Shown here piece after piece: positions 10,268 to 21,560 of a stretch of 43,558 bases of DNA. The position numbers and the translations under genes were made by a program. The number at the start of each line of letters is the position of its first letter. The stretch's first letter is position 1. The stretch is from Chiloscyllium plagiosum (taxonomy: Eukaryota), in the NCBI RefSeq assembly GCF_004010195.1, contig NC_057718.1, forward strand, positions 36,341,188-36,384,745. Reading direction: 5' to 3'. A model generated the notes under the pieces. That model was not told the origin of the DNA. It ran no database searches and saw nothing but the letters and a program-made list of their open reading frames with translations.

Positions 10268-13200
10268 GGGAGCTGAATATTCAAGGATATACATCCAAGT
10301 GAAAAGACAGGCAGATGAGCAGAGGGGGTGGGGTTGCCCTGTTAGTAAGAAATGAAATTAAATCAGTGGTAAGAAACAAAGTAGTGTCAGATGGTGTAGA
10401 ATCTGTGTGGGTAGCATTGAGAAACCGCAAACGTAAAAAAAACATCGTTGAACTTGTAAACAGGCCTCCAAACAGTAGTCAGGAGCTGGGCGAAAGATAC
10501 ACCAGGAGATAGAAAGGATGTTCTGGAAAGGCAACGTTACAATGATCATGGGAAATTTTAATATGTCGGTGGATTAGGAGCATCAGGCTAGTAGTGGTTC
10601 ACAAGATAAAGAGTTTGTGGAATGACTACAAGATAGCTTTTTGGAGCAGCTTGTGGTGGAGCCCACTGGGGAACAAGCAAAACTGGACTTAGTGTTGTGC
10701 AATGAGGCAGACTTGAAAAAGGAGCTTAAAGTGAAGGAACCTTTAGGAAGCAGTGACCAAAACAAAATCAAATTTACTCTGCAATTTGTGAGAGAGAAGA
10801 TAGAATCAGAGGTAATAGTATTTCAGCTGAATAAAGGCAACAATAGAGGCATGAGGGAGGTGCTGAGAAGAACTGACTGGGAGAGGAGCCTAGCAGGAAA
10901 GACAGTGGAACAGTAGTGGCAGGGGTTTCTAGGAGTAATTCAGGAGACACAGCAGAGATTCATTCCAAGGGAAAAGAAGCATGGTACAGGGAGGATGAGG
11001 TAACCATGGCTGACTAGAGAAGTCAAGGATAGCATCAACGCAAAAGAGAAAATAATGAAAATAATGAAAATAAAATAATGAAAAACGGTGGGAAACCAGA
11101 GGATTAGGAATCTTAAAAAGACCAACAGAGGGCGACAAAAAAAAGAAATAAGGAGGGGGAAGATTAAATATGAGGGTAAGCTAGCCAATAATATAAAGGA
11201 AGACTGTAAGAGTCTCTTTAGAGATACGAAGGGCAAAAGAGGCAAAAGTGGACACTGGGCCACTGGAAAATGACACGGGGAGATGGTAGTAGGGAACAAA
11301 GAAATAGCTGAGGACCTGAATAACTACTTCGTGCCAGTCTTCACAGTAGAAGACACGAGTAAATCCCAAAAAAATCAAAGGAGTGAGGGGGCAGAGCTGA
11401 GTATGGTGGCCATTACCTAGGAGAAGGTGCAAGAAAAACTGAATGGCCTGAAGGCGGGTAAATCACCTGGACCAGATGGACTACACCCAAGAGTTCGAAG
11501 AGAAGTTGCTAAAGAGAGAGTGGAGGCATTAGTTGTAATCTTTCAGGGATCACTAGAATCAGGGAGGGTCCCAGACGACTGGAAAATCACTACCATGACA
11601 CTATTGTTTAAAAGGGGAGCAAGGTAGAAGATGGAAAATTCCAGACCAATTAGCCTAACTTCAGTCATGGGTAAGATCCTGTAATACATAGTGAAGAATG
11701 AGATTTCTGAATACTTGGAAGTGTATGGTAAGCTAGGACAAAGTCAGCATGGTTTCATTAAGGCAAGGTCATGCCTAACAAATCTGTTAGAATTCTTTGA
11801 GGAAATTACGAGCAGGTTAGACCAAGGAGAGCCAATGGATTTATCAACCTGGACTTCAAGAAGGCCTTTGACAATGTACCACAAGGGAGGCTACTGAGTA
11901 AGATAAGGGCCCGTGGTGTTAGAGACAAGGTGCTAGCATGGATAGAAGCTTGGCTGACTGGCAGAAAGCAGCAAATGGGGATTAAAGGGTCCTTCTCAGG
12001 AATGCAGCCAGTGACAAGTGGTGTTCCACAAGGCTCAGTGTTGGGACCACAACTTTTCACTTTATGCGCTAATGATCTAGACGAAGCAACTGAGGGCATT
12101 CTGGCCAAGTTTGCAGATGATACAAAGAAGGTAGAATGACAGGTAACATTGAGGATGTAGAAGGATTTGGACAGGTTAGGAGAGGGCAAAGAAGTGACAG
12201 ATGGAGTACAATGTAGGAAAGTGTGAGGTCATGCACTTTGGTAGGAAGAATAGCAACATGGACTGCTTTCTAAATGGGGAGAAAATTCAGAAATCTGAAG
12301 TGCAAAGAGACTTGGAGTTCTAGTCTCAAGGTAAACTTACAGTTTCGTCAGTATTTAGGAAGGCAAATACAATGATGGCATTTATTTTGAAAGGACTTGA
12401 ATATAAAAGCAGGGGTGTACTTCTGAGGCTCTATAAGGCTCTGGTCAGATCACATTTGGAGTATTGTGCGCAATTGTGGGCCCCATATCTCAGGAAGGAT
12501 TACTGGCCCTGGAATGTGTTCAGAGGAGTTTCACACAAATGGTCCCAGGAATGAAAAGCTTAACATATGAGGAATGCTTGAGGACTCTGTGTTTATATTT
12601 GATGGAGTTTCAAAGGATGAGGGTGTTCTAATTGCAACTTATATAATACTGAATGGCCTGGACAGAACAGATGATGGGAAGGTGATTTCATTGATAGAAG
12701 TGACGAGCACCCGAGGGCACAGCCTTAGAGTAAAGGGAAGATCCTGTGGAATGGAGATAAAGAGAAACTTCTTCAGCCAGAGAGTGGTGATTCTCTGGGA
12801 TTCACTGCCACAGAAGGCTGTGGAGGTCAGATCATTGAGTATATTTAAGATGGAGATGGATAGGTTCTTGATTATCAAGGAGATCCAGGATTAACGGGGA
12901 GAGTGCGGGAGAATGAGGTTGAGAAACTTATCAGCCATGATTGAATGGATCAGACTCAATGGGCTGAATGGCCTCATATCCGCTCCTGTGTCTTATGGTC
13001 TTATAAAAGATCAAACCAGTTTCAAAGAGTAAAAGCAGCCCTCATATCATTACAGAGATAAATTAATTATAGGTACAGAGATTAGCAGACAATGGAAAGT
13101 GGATTGAATAAACACATTAAGGACATTAAGTTCTTACCCATTTAACTTTGTTGGAACTGATCAAGAATCAATATTCTTTTGTATTTCCTATAATGAGGAA

Positions 13201-13402
13201 CTTAAAAGGTCCTGAAATAATCGACAAGTATCCAATTAGCTGGCAGTTTACACCGTGGAGTTGGCAAAAGTTACTTGAATACAGTATCCATTGTGACAAG
13301 CCTCAAGAAGGGAGATAAGAGAGTCTGGGAAACATCATGAAGGTCTGTGGGTGGACCACAAGCCTGTCCATCTCTTCGTTGTTCTTAGTTGGAGATACCT
13401 TG

Positions 13403-13612
13403 AAATGGGCTGAAAATGTGTTGCTGGAAAAGCACAGCAGGTCAGGCAGCATCCAGGGAACAGGAGAACTGAGACAAGGTAGGGGGAGGGAAAATGAGGA
13501 AACTGGAGAAATCTGAGTTCATCCCTTGTGGTTGGAGGGTTCCTAGGCAGAGGAGATGACCTGGGATGTGCAGTGAGAGAGGGACTCACTGAAATCCTTG
13601 TAGAGGGAGGAA
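13403..13612 (-). mobile_element. Internally deleted PLE fragment
   Basis: gctgaaaatgtgttgctggaaaagcacagcaggtcaggcagcatccagggaacaggagaa is identical to part of 10140-10264, followed by PLE-like internal pieces. Confidence 0.75.
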
Positions 13613-13897
13613 TTGCCAAGGTAAGCTTGAACTGTATAAGATGCTTTAGCAGACAGCCAATTACAAAGGGATAACTCAGTGCCCTAGCCAATAACAATCA
13701 AGGTTGGGTTGGGGATTTGCGGAGGGAGCGTGTGCACTCTAAGTTGAAACTGTATAAGTTAAGACATTCTGAAGCTTTGTGTGTGCCTTATTGCTCTGGA
13801 GAAATGAAGGATTGAAAACAAAGCTACAATAAAGGTTACCTGAAACCACCCCACGATTCGAACTCTCGTTGGAAACTATGAGATCTAACAAAAATAT

Positions 13898-13950
13898 TAC
13901 GTTGGTCCTAATTTCACCAGTTCCCACCTGGTGAATGCCAGGTGGTGAAG
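13898..13950. repeat. Hairpin-rich dispersed repeat, copy 2
   Basis: 48/53 identical to 8762-8814. Contains CCACCTGG-tgaatg-CCAGGTGG (13924-13945). Confidence 0.85.
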
Positions 13951-14159
13951 CAAAGTAAAATAAGGCCAATGGCTGATCTGCTTTGGTCTCACTGGCACCA
14001 CATCATGCCCCATATTAATTTGTTCTTTGGAGCAGGTGAACTGAATACCTACAGGAAGGAAGTGGGCAGAGTTCCAAAGTAAATATACAGTGTGGGACTG
14101 ATGAGATGACAGTACAATTGCAGCTGCTTGGACAGGTAGATGTCAGAAGATATGGCTAA

Positions 14160-14302
14160 ACTTCTTGGAATATTGTGTCCAATTCTGAACAACACACTTT
14201 AGGAACGATGTGCAGACACTGGAGAGGGCATGGTAAAGATTGTCAAGAATGGCCCCAGCAATCCGAAACTTAAGCAGGGTGAATAGATAGGATAAGCTGG
14301 GT
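14160..14302 (+). mobile_element. Old CR1 ORF2 fragment
   Basis: ttggaatattgtgtccaattctga...ggagaggg reads as LEYCVQF*..LER, and the fragment ends in ggataagctggg. Confidence 0.65.
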
Positions 14303-14389
14303 CATGGTTATGTCTCGCCAGGGAGTGCTGTGATTTGGTTGGTGTTGTTAGCAGCATAGCACCTCCTAGTAGATAAATGAATCATTGCC

Positions 14390-14556
14390 AGAACTTTCCT
14401 GGATAGCTTCTCCTTCCGGATGAACCTTGCTGTGATTATGCAAAGTGGTCCTGGGGCCAAAGGGAAGTGCAGGAGAACAAGGCCTTAATGCTTGGTTCAT
14501 CCTGGAGAAAATGTCCTGTGGGTTTTCCTACAAGAAGGAGGAAGACGAGGATTTAG
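14390..14556 (+). pseudogene. Possible decayed collagen-like (Gly-X-Y) coding fragment
   Basis: With about 3 frameshifts it reads GP-GAK-GSA-GEQ-GLN..HP-GEN-(G)PV-GFP..GRR-GFS. Confidence 0.3.
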
Positions 14557-14924
14557 TTGAGAATGAGACAGGGACATGTTGTATTGCTTGATACTGCTTA
14601 CATGTCAGTGAATTAGGTGACAGGTTGTCTGTTACACACAATCATGGACCTTGCATCTAAGGAAGTGAAAGTGTGAGAATAAATGGTGGAACAACACAGT
14701 GGGAAGACAGGAACAATACTTTTATTGTAACAGTAGCAATGTGAACAAGTGCGTAAGAGGTACATCATAATGATTGAACCAAGACCAAAGCGTGCAGAGT
14801 CTTAAAGACACTCTCTCCCAGAATTTCAAGTGTACCGTGTTATGTTTAAGGAAACTTGTTAATGTTCAGACACCTAAGTGTAGAGCTGATCTTCCTACAT
14901 GAAGGCAACAATCTAAAGTCCAGG

Positions 14925-16439
14925 ACAGCCAGGGAGCAGATTACTGGGCCCCCTTCTGAGATATTTGTATGATCGATAGTCACAGGTGAGCTGCCAGAAG
15001 ATTGGAGTTTGTCTAACGTGGTGCCATTATTTAAGAAAGGTGGCAAGGAAAAATCAGGGACCTATAGACTGGTCAGCCTGACATCGTAGTGGGCAGGTTG
15101 TTGGAGGGAATTCTGAGGGACAGGATTTACATGTATTTGGAAAGGCAAGGACTGATTAGGAATAGTCAACATGGTTTTCTGCATGGGAAATCATGTCCCA
15201 TGAACTTGATTGAGTTTTTTGAAAAAGTAACAAAGAGGATTGATGCGGGCACAACAGTGGGTATCTATACGGACTCGAGAAAGGCGTTCAACAAGGTTCC
15301 TTATGGTAGTCTGGTTATTAAGGTTAAATCGTGTGGTATACAGGGAGAACTAGCCATTCAGATACAGGATTGGCTTAAAGGTAGAAGACAGAGGGTGGAG
15401 GGTTATTTTTCAGACTGGAGGCCTGTGACAAGCGGTGTGCGACAAGAATCAATGCTGGGTCCACTGCACTTCGTCATTTACATAAATGATTTGGATGTGA
15501 AAATAGGAGGTATGGTTAGTAAGTTTGCAGATGACACAAAAATTGGAGAAGTAGTGGACAGCAAAGAAAGTTACCTCAGAGTACAACAGGATCTTGAACA
15601 ACCGGGCTAATGGGCCAAGGAGTGGCAGATGGGTTTTAATTTAGATAAATGTGAGGTGCTGCATTTTAGAAAGGCTAATCATGGCAGGATTTATACACTT
15701 AACGGCAAGGTCCTGGGGAGTGTTGCTGAACAAAGAGACCTTGGAGTGCAGGTTCATAGTTCCTTGAAAGTAGAGTCCCAGGCTAACAGGATAGTGCAGA
15801 AGACATTTGGTATGCTTTTCTTTATTGGTCAGTGCATTGAGTGCAGGAGATGGGAAGTCATGTTGCGGCTGTACGGACATTGATTAGGCCACTTTTGGAA
15901 TATTGGAATTCTGGTCTCCCTCCTATTGGAAGGATGTTGTGAACTTGAAAGCATTCAGAAAAGATTTACAAGGGTGTTGCCAGGGTTGGAGGATTTGAGC
16001 TATGGGGAGAGGCTGAACAGGCTGGGGTTGTTTTCCCTGGAGTGTCGGAGGCTGAGGGGTGACCCTATAAAGGTTTATAAAATCATGAGGGGCATGGATA
16101 GGATAAAGAGACAAAGTCTTTTCCCTGGGGTAGGGGAGTGCAGAACTAGAGGGCATAGGTTTAGGGTGAGATGGGAAAGATATAAAGGGACCCGATGGGT
16201 GACTTTTTCATGCAGAGGGTGGTGCGTGTATGGAATGAGCTGCCAGAGGAAGTGGTGGAGGCTAGTACAATTACAACATTTAAAAGGCATCTGGATGGGT
16301 ATATGAATAGGAAGCATTTAGAGGAATTTAGGCCAAATGCTGGCAAATGGGACTAGATTTACTGAGGATATCTGATCGGCATGGACGAGTTGGACTGAAG
16401 AGTCTGATTCGGTGCCGTACATCTAAATGACTCCATGAC
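14925..16439 (+). mobile_element. 5'-truncated CR1 (HER1-like) LINE, RT to 3' end
   Basis: ORF 15089..15610 has SQHGFLHGKSC..AFNKVP..YINDLD..SKFADDTK. Downstream are FNLDKCEVLHF, RDLGV and TRGHRFRV, and the tail atgactccatgac. Confidence 0.95.
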
Positions 16440-16490
16440 GGCCAAGCAACAATTAGATACAGAAAACATTGAAGAATTCTCAATATAGAA

Positions 16491-16893
16491 GGGAGGCACA
16501 GTGGTTCAGTGGTTAGCACTGCTGCCTCACAACGCCAGAGATCTGGGTTCAATTCCCGCCTCAGGCAACTGTCTGTGTGGAGTTTGCACATTCTCCCCGT
16601 GTCTGCGTGGGTTTGCTCCGGGTGCTCCGGTCTCCTCCCTTAGTCCAAAAATGTGCAGGTTAGGTGAATTGGCTATGCTAAATTACCCGAAGTGTTAGGT
16701 GTAGGGGAATGAGTCTGGGTGGGTTTTTAGATTAGATTACATTACAGTGTGGAAACAGGCCCTTCGGCCCAACAAGTCCACACCGACCCGCCCATACCCC
16801 TACATTTACCCCTTGCGCTTCATTGGGTCGGTGTGGACTTGTTGGGCTGAAGGGCCTGTTTCCACACTGTAAGTAATCTAATCTAATCTAAAA
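16491..16893 (+). mobile_element. HE1-type V-SINE carrying an inverted copy of its own 3' tail
   Basis: tRNA head, V-domain and (aatct)n tail are present. 16724-16789 is the reverse complement of 16825-16893. Confidence 0.92.
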
Positions 16894-17453
16894 AAAATGC
16901 TCATGGGCATATCCAGCCAATGGTGAGCCCATGGGGATGACCTGCAGTGCAGCAGAGCATCAAGACCATTCTGCCAGACAAGTCAACTAGCCATAGCATC
17001 GCCTGAAGCAGGGCAATGAGATCCAGGCGTGGTCCACAGAGCTCTCTGATGAAGAGAAAGAAACAAAGCACCAGCAGCATGGAACACATTAAGCTGCAGA
17101 ATCACTCAGTTGAACTGTAAGTGCTAGATTTATGTAAAGTACAGCTTCTAATGGAGATGGAGAAGGAGAGGGGAGAAAACATGGGATGAAACAGGGTATG
17201 GAGGACACCATTTTTGGACATCATTGGCATCATTTCACAGCTGGGTCAGAAGTACAACAGATCAAAAGCTGACTCCTATAGCCTGTAAGTATCCAAGGAT
17301 GAAGGACACTGACTCCATTACAGGTTGGAGGAACAGTACCTCATTTTCTGCTGAGGCCTCTTACAAACTCTAAGTCTCAATACTGAGTTCCACAACTTTC
17401 TCTGTAATCCATCTTCTTAGGTCTCCCCCTCTCACCAGCCATGACTTGTTTGT

Positions 17454-17613
17454 CAAAAAGTGTGGCACTGGGAAAGCACAGTCGGTTAGGCAGCATCTGA
17501 GGAGTGGGACTGTCGACATTTCGAGCATAAGCTCTTCATCAGGAATTCCTGTGCTTTCCAAGCATCATACCTTTTGACTCTGATCTCCAGCATCTGCAGG
17601 CCTCACTTTCTCT
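17454..17613. mobile_element. Inverted-dimer PLE terminal-repeat mini-element
   Basis: A minus arm and a plus arm join at the 12-bp palindrome caggaattcctg (17540-17551). Degenerate 14-bp flanking direct repeat catgacttgtttgt / catgtctagtttgt. Confidence 0.8.
17511..17546 (-). ncRNA. Minimal hammerhead ribozyme core
   Basis: rc CUGAUGA-A-GAGC-uuau-GCUC-GAAA-UG-UC. Confidence 0.65.
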
Positions 17614-18112
17614 CATGTCTAGTTTGTGTCTTGTTGGCTTTATTCTCAGAAAAATAGACTCATTTTTCTCCTTTACATTTGTTAACATTTGCACTCATTT
17701 ATTATTCTCTCTCTCCTTAACCACCATTGTCACTGCCTTTGTCTTTTGCACCTCTTCTGTTCCACTTCTCCTTCCTTCCCTATGTCTACAGCTGAAAAGA
17801 AATGTTATTTTCTGAGGAAGAGTCACAGTGGACTTGAAACATTCACTCGCTTTTTTTCTTGACAGATGCTACCAGATGGACTGAGTTTCCCACCACCCCC
17901 TGGGTGGCCTTTAAATTCCTTGTCTGGCAGTTGCAGAAGCAACTCAGCTTGACACAGTGCACCATGAAACAGTCTCCACTCTGAAAATCAGTCCCTGGGG
18001 TCAGTGGAAATTCATGCAGATCTTCCATTTCTCTCAAAAGACAGACTGAAAAATCAGGAAAAGAAGGCACCAAGAATGAAGGAGTTGCAAGAGGCCATTT
18101 TAGATTCTCTCA

Positions 18113-18215
18113 GTTCTGTAGAAGGGTCACTAGACCCAAAACATAAACTCCACCTTCTCTCCACTAATGTTGCCAGACTGCTGAGGTTTTCCTGCAATTT
18201 CTGGTTTTGTCTCTA
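18113..18215 (+). mobile_element. Solo PLE terminal-repeat mini-element, decayed
   Basis: ttctgtagaagggtcactagacccaaaac...ttgccagactgctgaggttttcctgcaatttctgg. Confidence 0.7.
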
Positions 18216-18309
18216 GATCACAGTTAGCACATTCAACCAACTACAATAGAGAATGCAGCTGCTATTGATGCTAATGGTTTCTTGGGAGAAGAGTAAAATA
18301 TTAAAGTTC

Positions 18310-18680
18310 TTTTTGTTCTCTCTCGGGACATTATTATCAATTGTTGGCCAGCATATTTTTATCCATCCCGAGTTCCCCTGAGAAGGTGGTGGCTGCAATC
18401 CATGTGCTGTAAGTAGATCCACAATGCCACTGGACAGGGAATTCTGGGATTTTGACTCAGCGACATTGATGCAATGGTACACGTTTCCAAGTCAGGATGG
18501 TGAGAGGGTGGTGGTGTTCCCATGTACCTGCTGCTGTTGACCTTCTAGGTGGTGTGATCAGGGCTTTGAAAGGTGCTGTCTAAAGATCTTTGGTGAATTG
18601 CTGCAGTGCATCTTGTAGATGTTGGGACTAAGTTCAGTGATGGAGGGAATGTGATGGTGAATATCATGCCAATCAGGATG
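18310..18680 (-). mobile_element. 3' end of a second LINE family (CR1/L2 group)
   Basis: gttggccagcatatttttatccatccc...gagaaggtggtggc...ttccaagtcaggatggtg is the reverse complement of the 3' part of 41529-42722. Confidence 0.75.
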
Positions 18681-19116
18681 CCCAAAAACTTAAAGGGACA
18701 GCAGCTTAAGAGGAAATTACAACAGTTCACTCACAAGCAAAGCTTCAGAATTTTCTGCAGGCAACACAGTGACCTCAATATCTGAGAAGTCTGGGGTCAC
18801 GTAATTAGAAAAGGATCTTGATTCAAACATGGAACAATCTCAGAACTTTGACATAGACCCGTGAGCATAGAAGTTCCAGGCAGGATGGATGGTGCCTCAG
18901 CTCCATTAGCAGAAGTTTACTGTAAACAATGCAAACGTCCAACAGTGAGGAATGAACATGGGATTAACTGGATAGTTAGAGAAAAACTTCAAGCTTCAGA
19001 AACACACAACCAAGAGGTAGTTTAATAACTGGAAGTATCTAGTGAAGAGCTAGCCAGGGAAAAAGAGGTTTTTAAATCCAAATTGGACCAAGCCAATTCT
19101 GAATGCTCAGAACATT

Positions 19117-19251
19117 CTGAAGAAGGAACCCTGGACCTGAAATGTTAATGTTGCTTTCTCTCTATAGATGCTGCCAGATTTGCTGAGTTTTTCCAGTAAT
19201 TTTTGTTCTTGTTGCTGACTTCCAGCATCTGCAGTTCTTTGCTTTTGTCTT
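19117..19251 (+). mobile_element. Solo PLE terminal-repeat mini-element with degenerate hammerhead core
   Basis: CTGAAGA-A-GGaaccctggaCCt-GAAA-TGTT. Flanking repeat gaacattct (19110-19118) / gaacactct (19252-19260). Confidence 0.8.
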
Positions 19252-19772
19252 GAACACTCTTGGTTATTTGAATAAATGTTAGCTAAAGTGGGTCTCAATA
19301 ACAAACCATTGAAGCTTTCAAGGATTCTTTCAGTATTAATAATAATTAAAATTTATTACTAAATGTTAGCTGTCACACATGATGAGGATGAAATACCTAA
19401 AATAAACTTCTCTACTACAAACCTAGCTATTAGTCGTCACTCGGTATCAAGCTTTGTAGACTGAAAAGGAACAATTTCTAATGGAAATCACAAGGTTATA
19501 GCAGCTACTGATAAAAGCAACAAAAAAAACGATTTCTACATCTTGCACTCCAACAGCAGTGACCAGTTGGTAGAGGTTTAACTGAAGAATAAGGTAATGC
19601 TATGTGAAAACTGCTTCAAAAATAAGAAATGTTGTTATTTGGATCAGAAGACTCTGATTAGAGAAAAACAAGTACTTGCAATTGATAACAACAAGATTAC
19701 AGAAAATCTCGATGAGATCTGTGGAGATACAGCCAACACTGTTAAGAATTTGACAGACACACTGAAGAGATT

Positions 19773-21028
19773 GAGAACAAGAAATGCTGGAGATCACAAC
19801 GGGTCAGACACCATCCATGGAGAGAGAGCAAGCTAACATTTAGAATCTAGATGATTCTTCATCAGAGCTGAAGTAAAGTGTGGAGGGGACAGCATTTATG
19901 CTAATAGTTTGGGGGTGTAGGGGGTAGTGGGTAGCGGGTGCTGGTGGAGAAAAGATGTTGATAGTTCAGTTTAAGTGATCAGAATGTGAGAATGGTAGAA
20001 CAATGGTGGGTCTCCTGCCAGACTTCAAAGGACAGTAAGTGGAATGGGTGGAGGGGAGGACATGATAAAAGAAAAGGAAGAAATGTTCACAACGTAAAGG
20101 TGTTGAACTCAATAATAACTCCAGAAGGCTGTAAAATAACCAGTTTGAAAATGAGATGTTCCTCCAGTTTGCACTGTGTTTCATTTGAACACTGCACATG
20201 CAGATGACAGGCAAATGGGCATGTGAGCAGGACATTGGGTTAAAATGATCGGCAACGGGAAGGTTGGGGTCCTGCTTGCGCACGGACTGGAGGTATTCTG
20301 TAAAGCGGTCACTCAGTCTGCATTTGATTCCTCCACTATAGAGTAGGCCACATTGGATGTAGCGAATACAATACACAAGATTGGAGGTAGTCCAGGTGAA
20401 ATACTGCTTCACCTGGAAACACTGTTTAGGCCCTTGGATGGTGAGCAGGGAGGAGGTGAAGGGCAGCTTTTGCACCTTCTGTGGTTGCATGGAAAGATGC
20501 CATGGAGAGGTGTTGGTGATTGTGAAATGGACTAGGGTGTCCCAGAGGGAACGATCCCTGTGAAATGCAGACTGGGGGAGTGAGGCGTAGATGTGCTTGG
20601 TGGGGGCGTTCTGCTGGAGTTGTTTGAAATGGTAGAGAAAACCATTTGAAATGGTTCAAATCCTTTGAACATGGATGCAGATGGGATGAAAGTGAGGACA
20701 ACGGGGACCTAATCATGGTGTTGAGAGTGATGGGAAGGGGCAAGGGCGGAAGCACGGGTGATAGGTTGGATACGGTTAAGGGTCTGCCAACCACAGTGAG
20801 TGGGAAACCACGGTTATGGAAGAAGCAAGTCATGTCAGCAACAGTGTTTTAGAAGGTGGCATCATGTGAAGGATGCAATAGATAAAGGAACTGGGAGAAT
20901 AGGATGGAGTTCTTGCAGGACATGGGGTGTGATTAGCTGTAGTGAAGGTAGCTATGGGGGTTAGTGGCTTTGTAGTAGATGGTAATGGACAGTTTATTCC
21001 CTGAAATGGAGACAGAGAGGTCAAGGAA
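19773..21028 (-). mobile_element. 5'-truncated Penelope-like element
   Basis: ORF 19966..20490 has FQVKQYFTWTTSNLVYCIRYIQCGLLYSGGIKCRLSDRF..PVADHFN (GIY-YIG), with FFHNRGFP upstream. Terminal repeat at 19773-19870. Flanking repeat actgaagagatt / actgaagaggtt (19761, 21029). Confidence 0.9.
19831..19869 (-). ncRNA. Hammerhead motif with inactivating core change
   Basis: rc AGCU-CUGAUGA-A-GAAUC-aucua-GAUUC-UAAA-UG-UU-AGCU. Stems I and II are intact, but GAAA is mutated to UAAA. Confidence 0.6.
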
Positions 21029-21214
21029 ACTGAAGAGGTTATAACTTGAGAAAAACATTCTGCTACAATTAACAAATGATGATCTGATGTCTGATCTCTT
21101 TACTTAAACTGGAAGAGGATTATTCTAAAAAAAAGCCTTCATTAGTGAAAGAAATCAAATTCACAACAATGTGACCTTTTTGTAATTATAGTTCTTTCAA
21201 CTTACTTTGCTGTA

Positions 21215-21560
21215 CTTGTCCCTCACAATGTGTTCACTCTGGATTGGAGAGACCAGATGCAGATTGGGAGACACTTTGTGAACATTTACTCTCATTATGC
21301 AAGCCTGACCACAACTTCCAGTTGCCATTTTAATATACCATGCACACACTTCTGACTGAGCTCTGATGCAATGTTCTAGTGAAGTGCATTACAAGCTGGG
21401 GAATGACACCTTACTTTTCATTTTGGCACAATACAGCTTTCTGAACTCAATAATAAGTTCAGTATATTCAGATCACGACATATGGCCTCCATTTTGTTTC
21501 CTCTACCTTCAACACCCCCATGTCAGGTTTTCCTGGTTCTGCTTTCAGTCATTAATACCT
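21215..21560 (+). mobile_element. Highly decayed PLE GIY-YIG fragment
   Basis: attggagagaccagatgcagattgggagacactttgtgaacat reads like IGETRCRLGD.F.EH, with ccagttgccattttaat downstream. Confidence 0.6.

Larger units (their letters stand above)
9210..13004 (+). mobile_element. Near full-length decayed CR1 LINE (ORF1 SGNH-esterase region, ORF2 APE plus RT, 3' tail)
   Basis: ORF1-like [110 protein letters not shown]-terminal TRGHSL..RNFFSQRVV..WDSLP. Tail tcttatggtcttat. Many stops and frameshifts. Confidence 0.95.
17290..17895 (+). mobile_element. Old PLE 3' end interrupted by a younger mini-element
   Basis: ttggaggaacagtacctcattttc (LEEQYLIF-like PLE C-terminus), a pyrimidine-rich UTR, and the terminal repeat ctgaggaagagtcacagtggacttgaaac...cagatgctaccaga at about 17812-17895. 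Confidence 0.6.
17940..21175 (+). pseudogene. Fossil coding-like region split by four TE insertions, product unknown (S/N/K/E-rich, CxxC motifs)
   Basis: After excising the 19119-19260 insertion, one frame runs 18864-19772 with 6 stops in about 255 codons (SIEVPGRMDGASAPLAEVYCKQCKRP...MLCENCFKNKK...TDTLKRL). It continues after the PLE at about 21040 (LEKNILLQLTNDDLMSDL). Confidence 0.45.

Noticed and set aside
13935..13950. CTCF site in gccaggtggtg
   Set aside because: Only the CCAGGTGG core matches; the 5' CCA and 3' GC positions do not.
15089..15610. 173-aa RT ORF as a functional or domesticated reverse transcriptase
   Set aside because: It is flanked by in-frame stops and frameshifts within an ordinary truncated CR1, and the conserved PQGS motif is mutated.
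16491..16562. tRNA gene (also heads at 2860-2928, 5665-5735, 40916-40970)
   Set aside because: The A/B boxes belong to SINE heads continuous with SINE bodies, and there is no complete cloverleaf.
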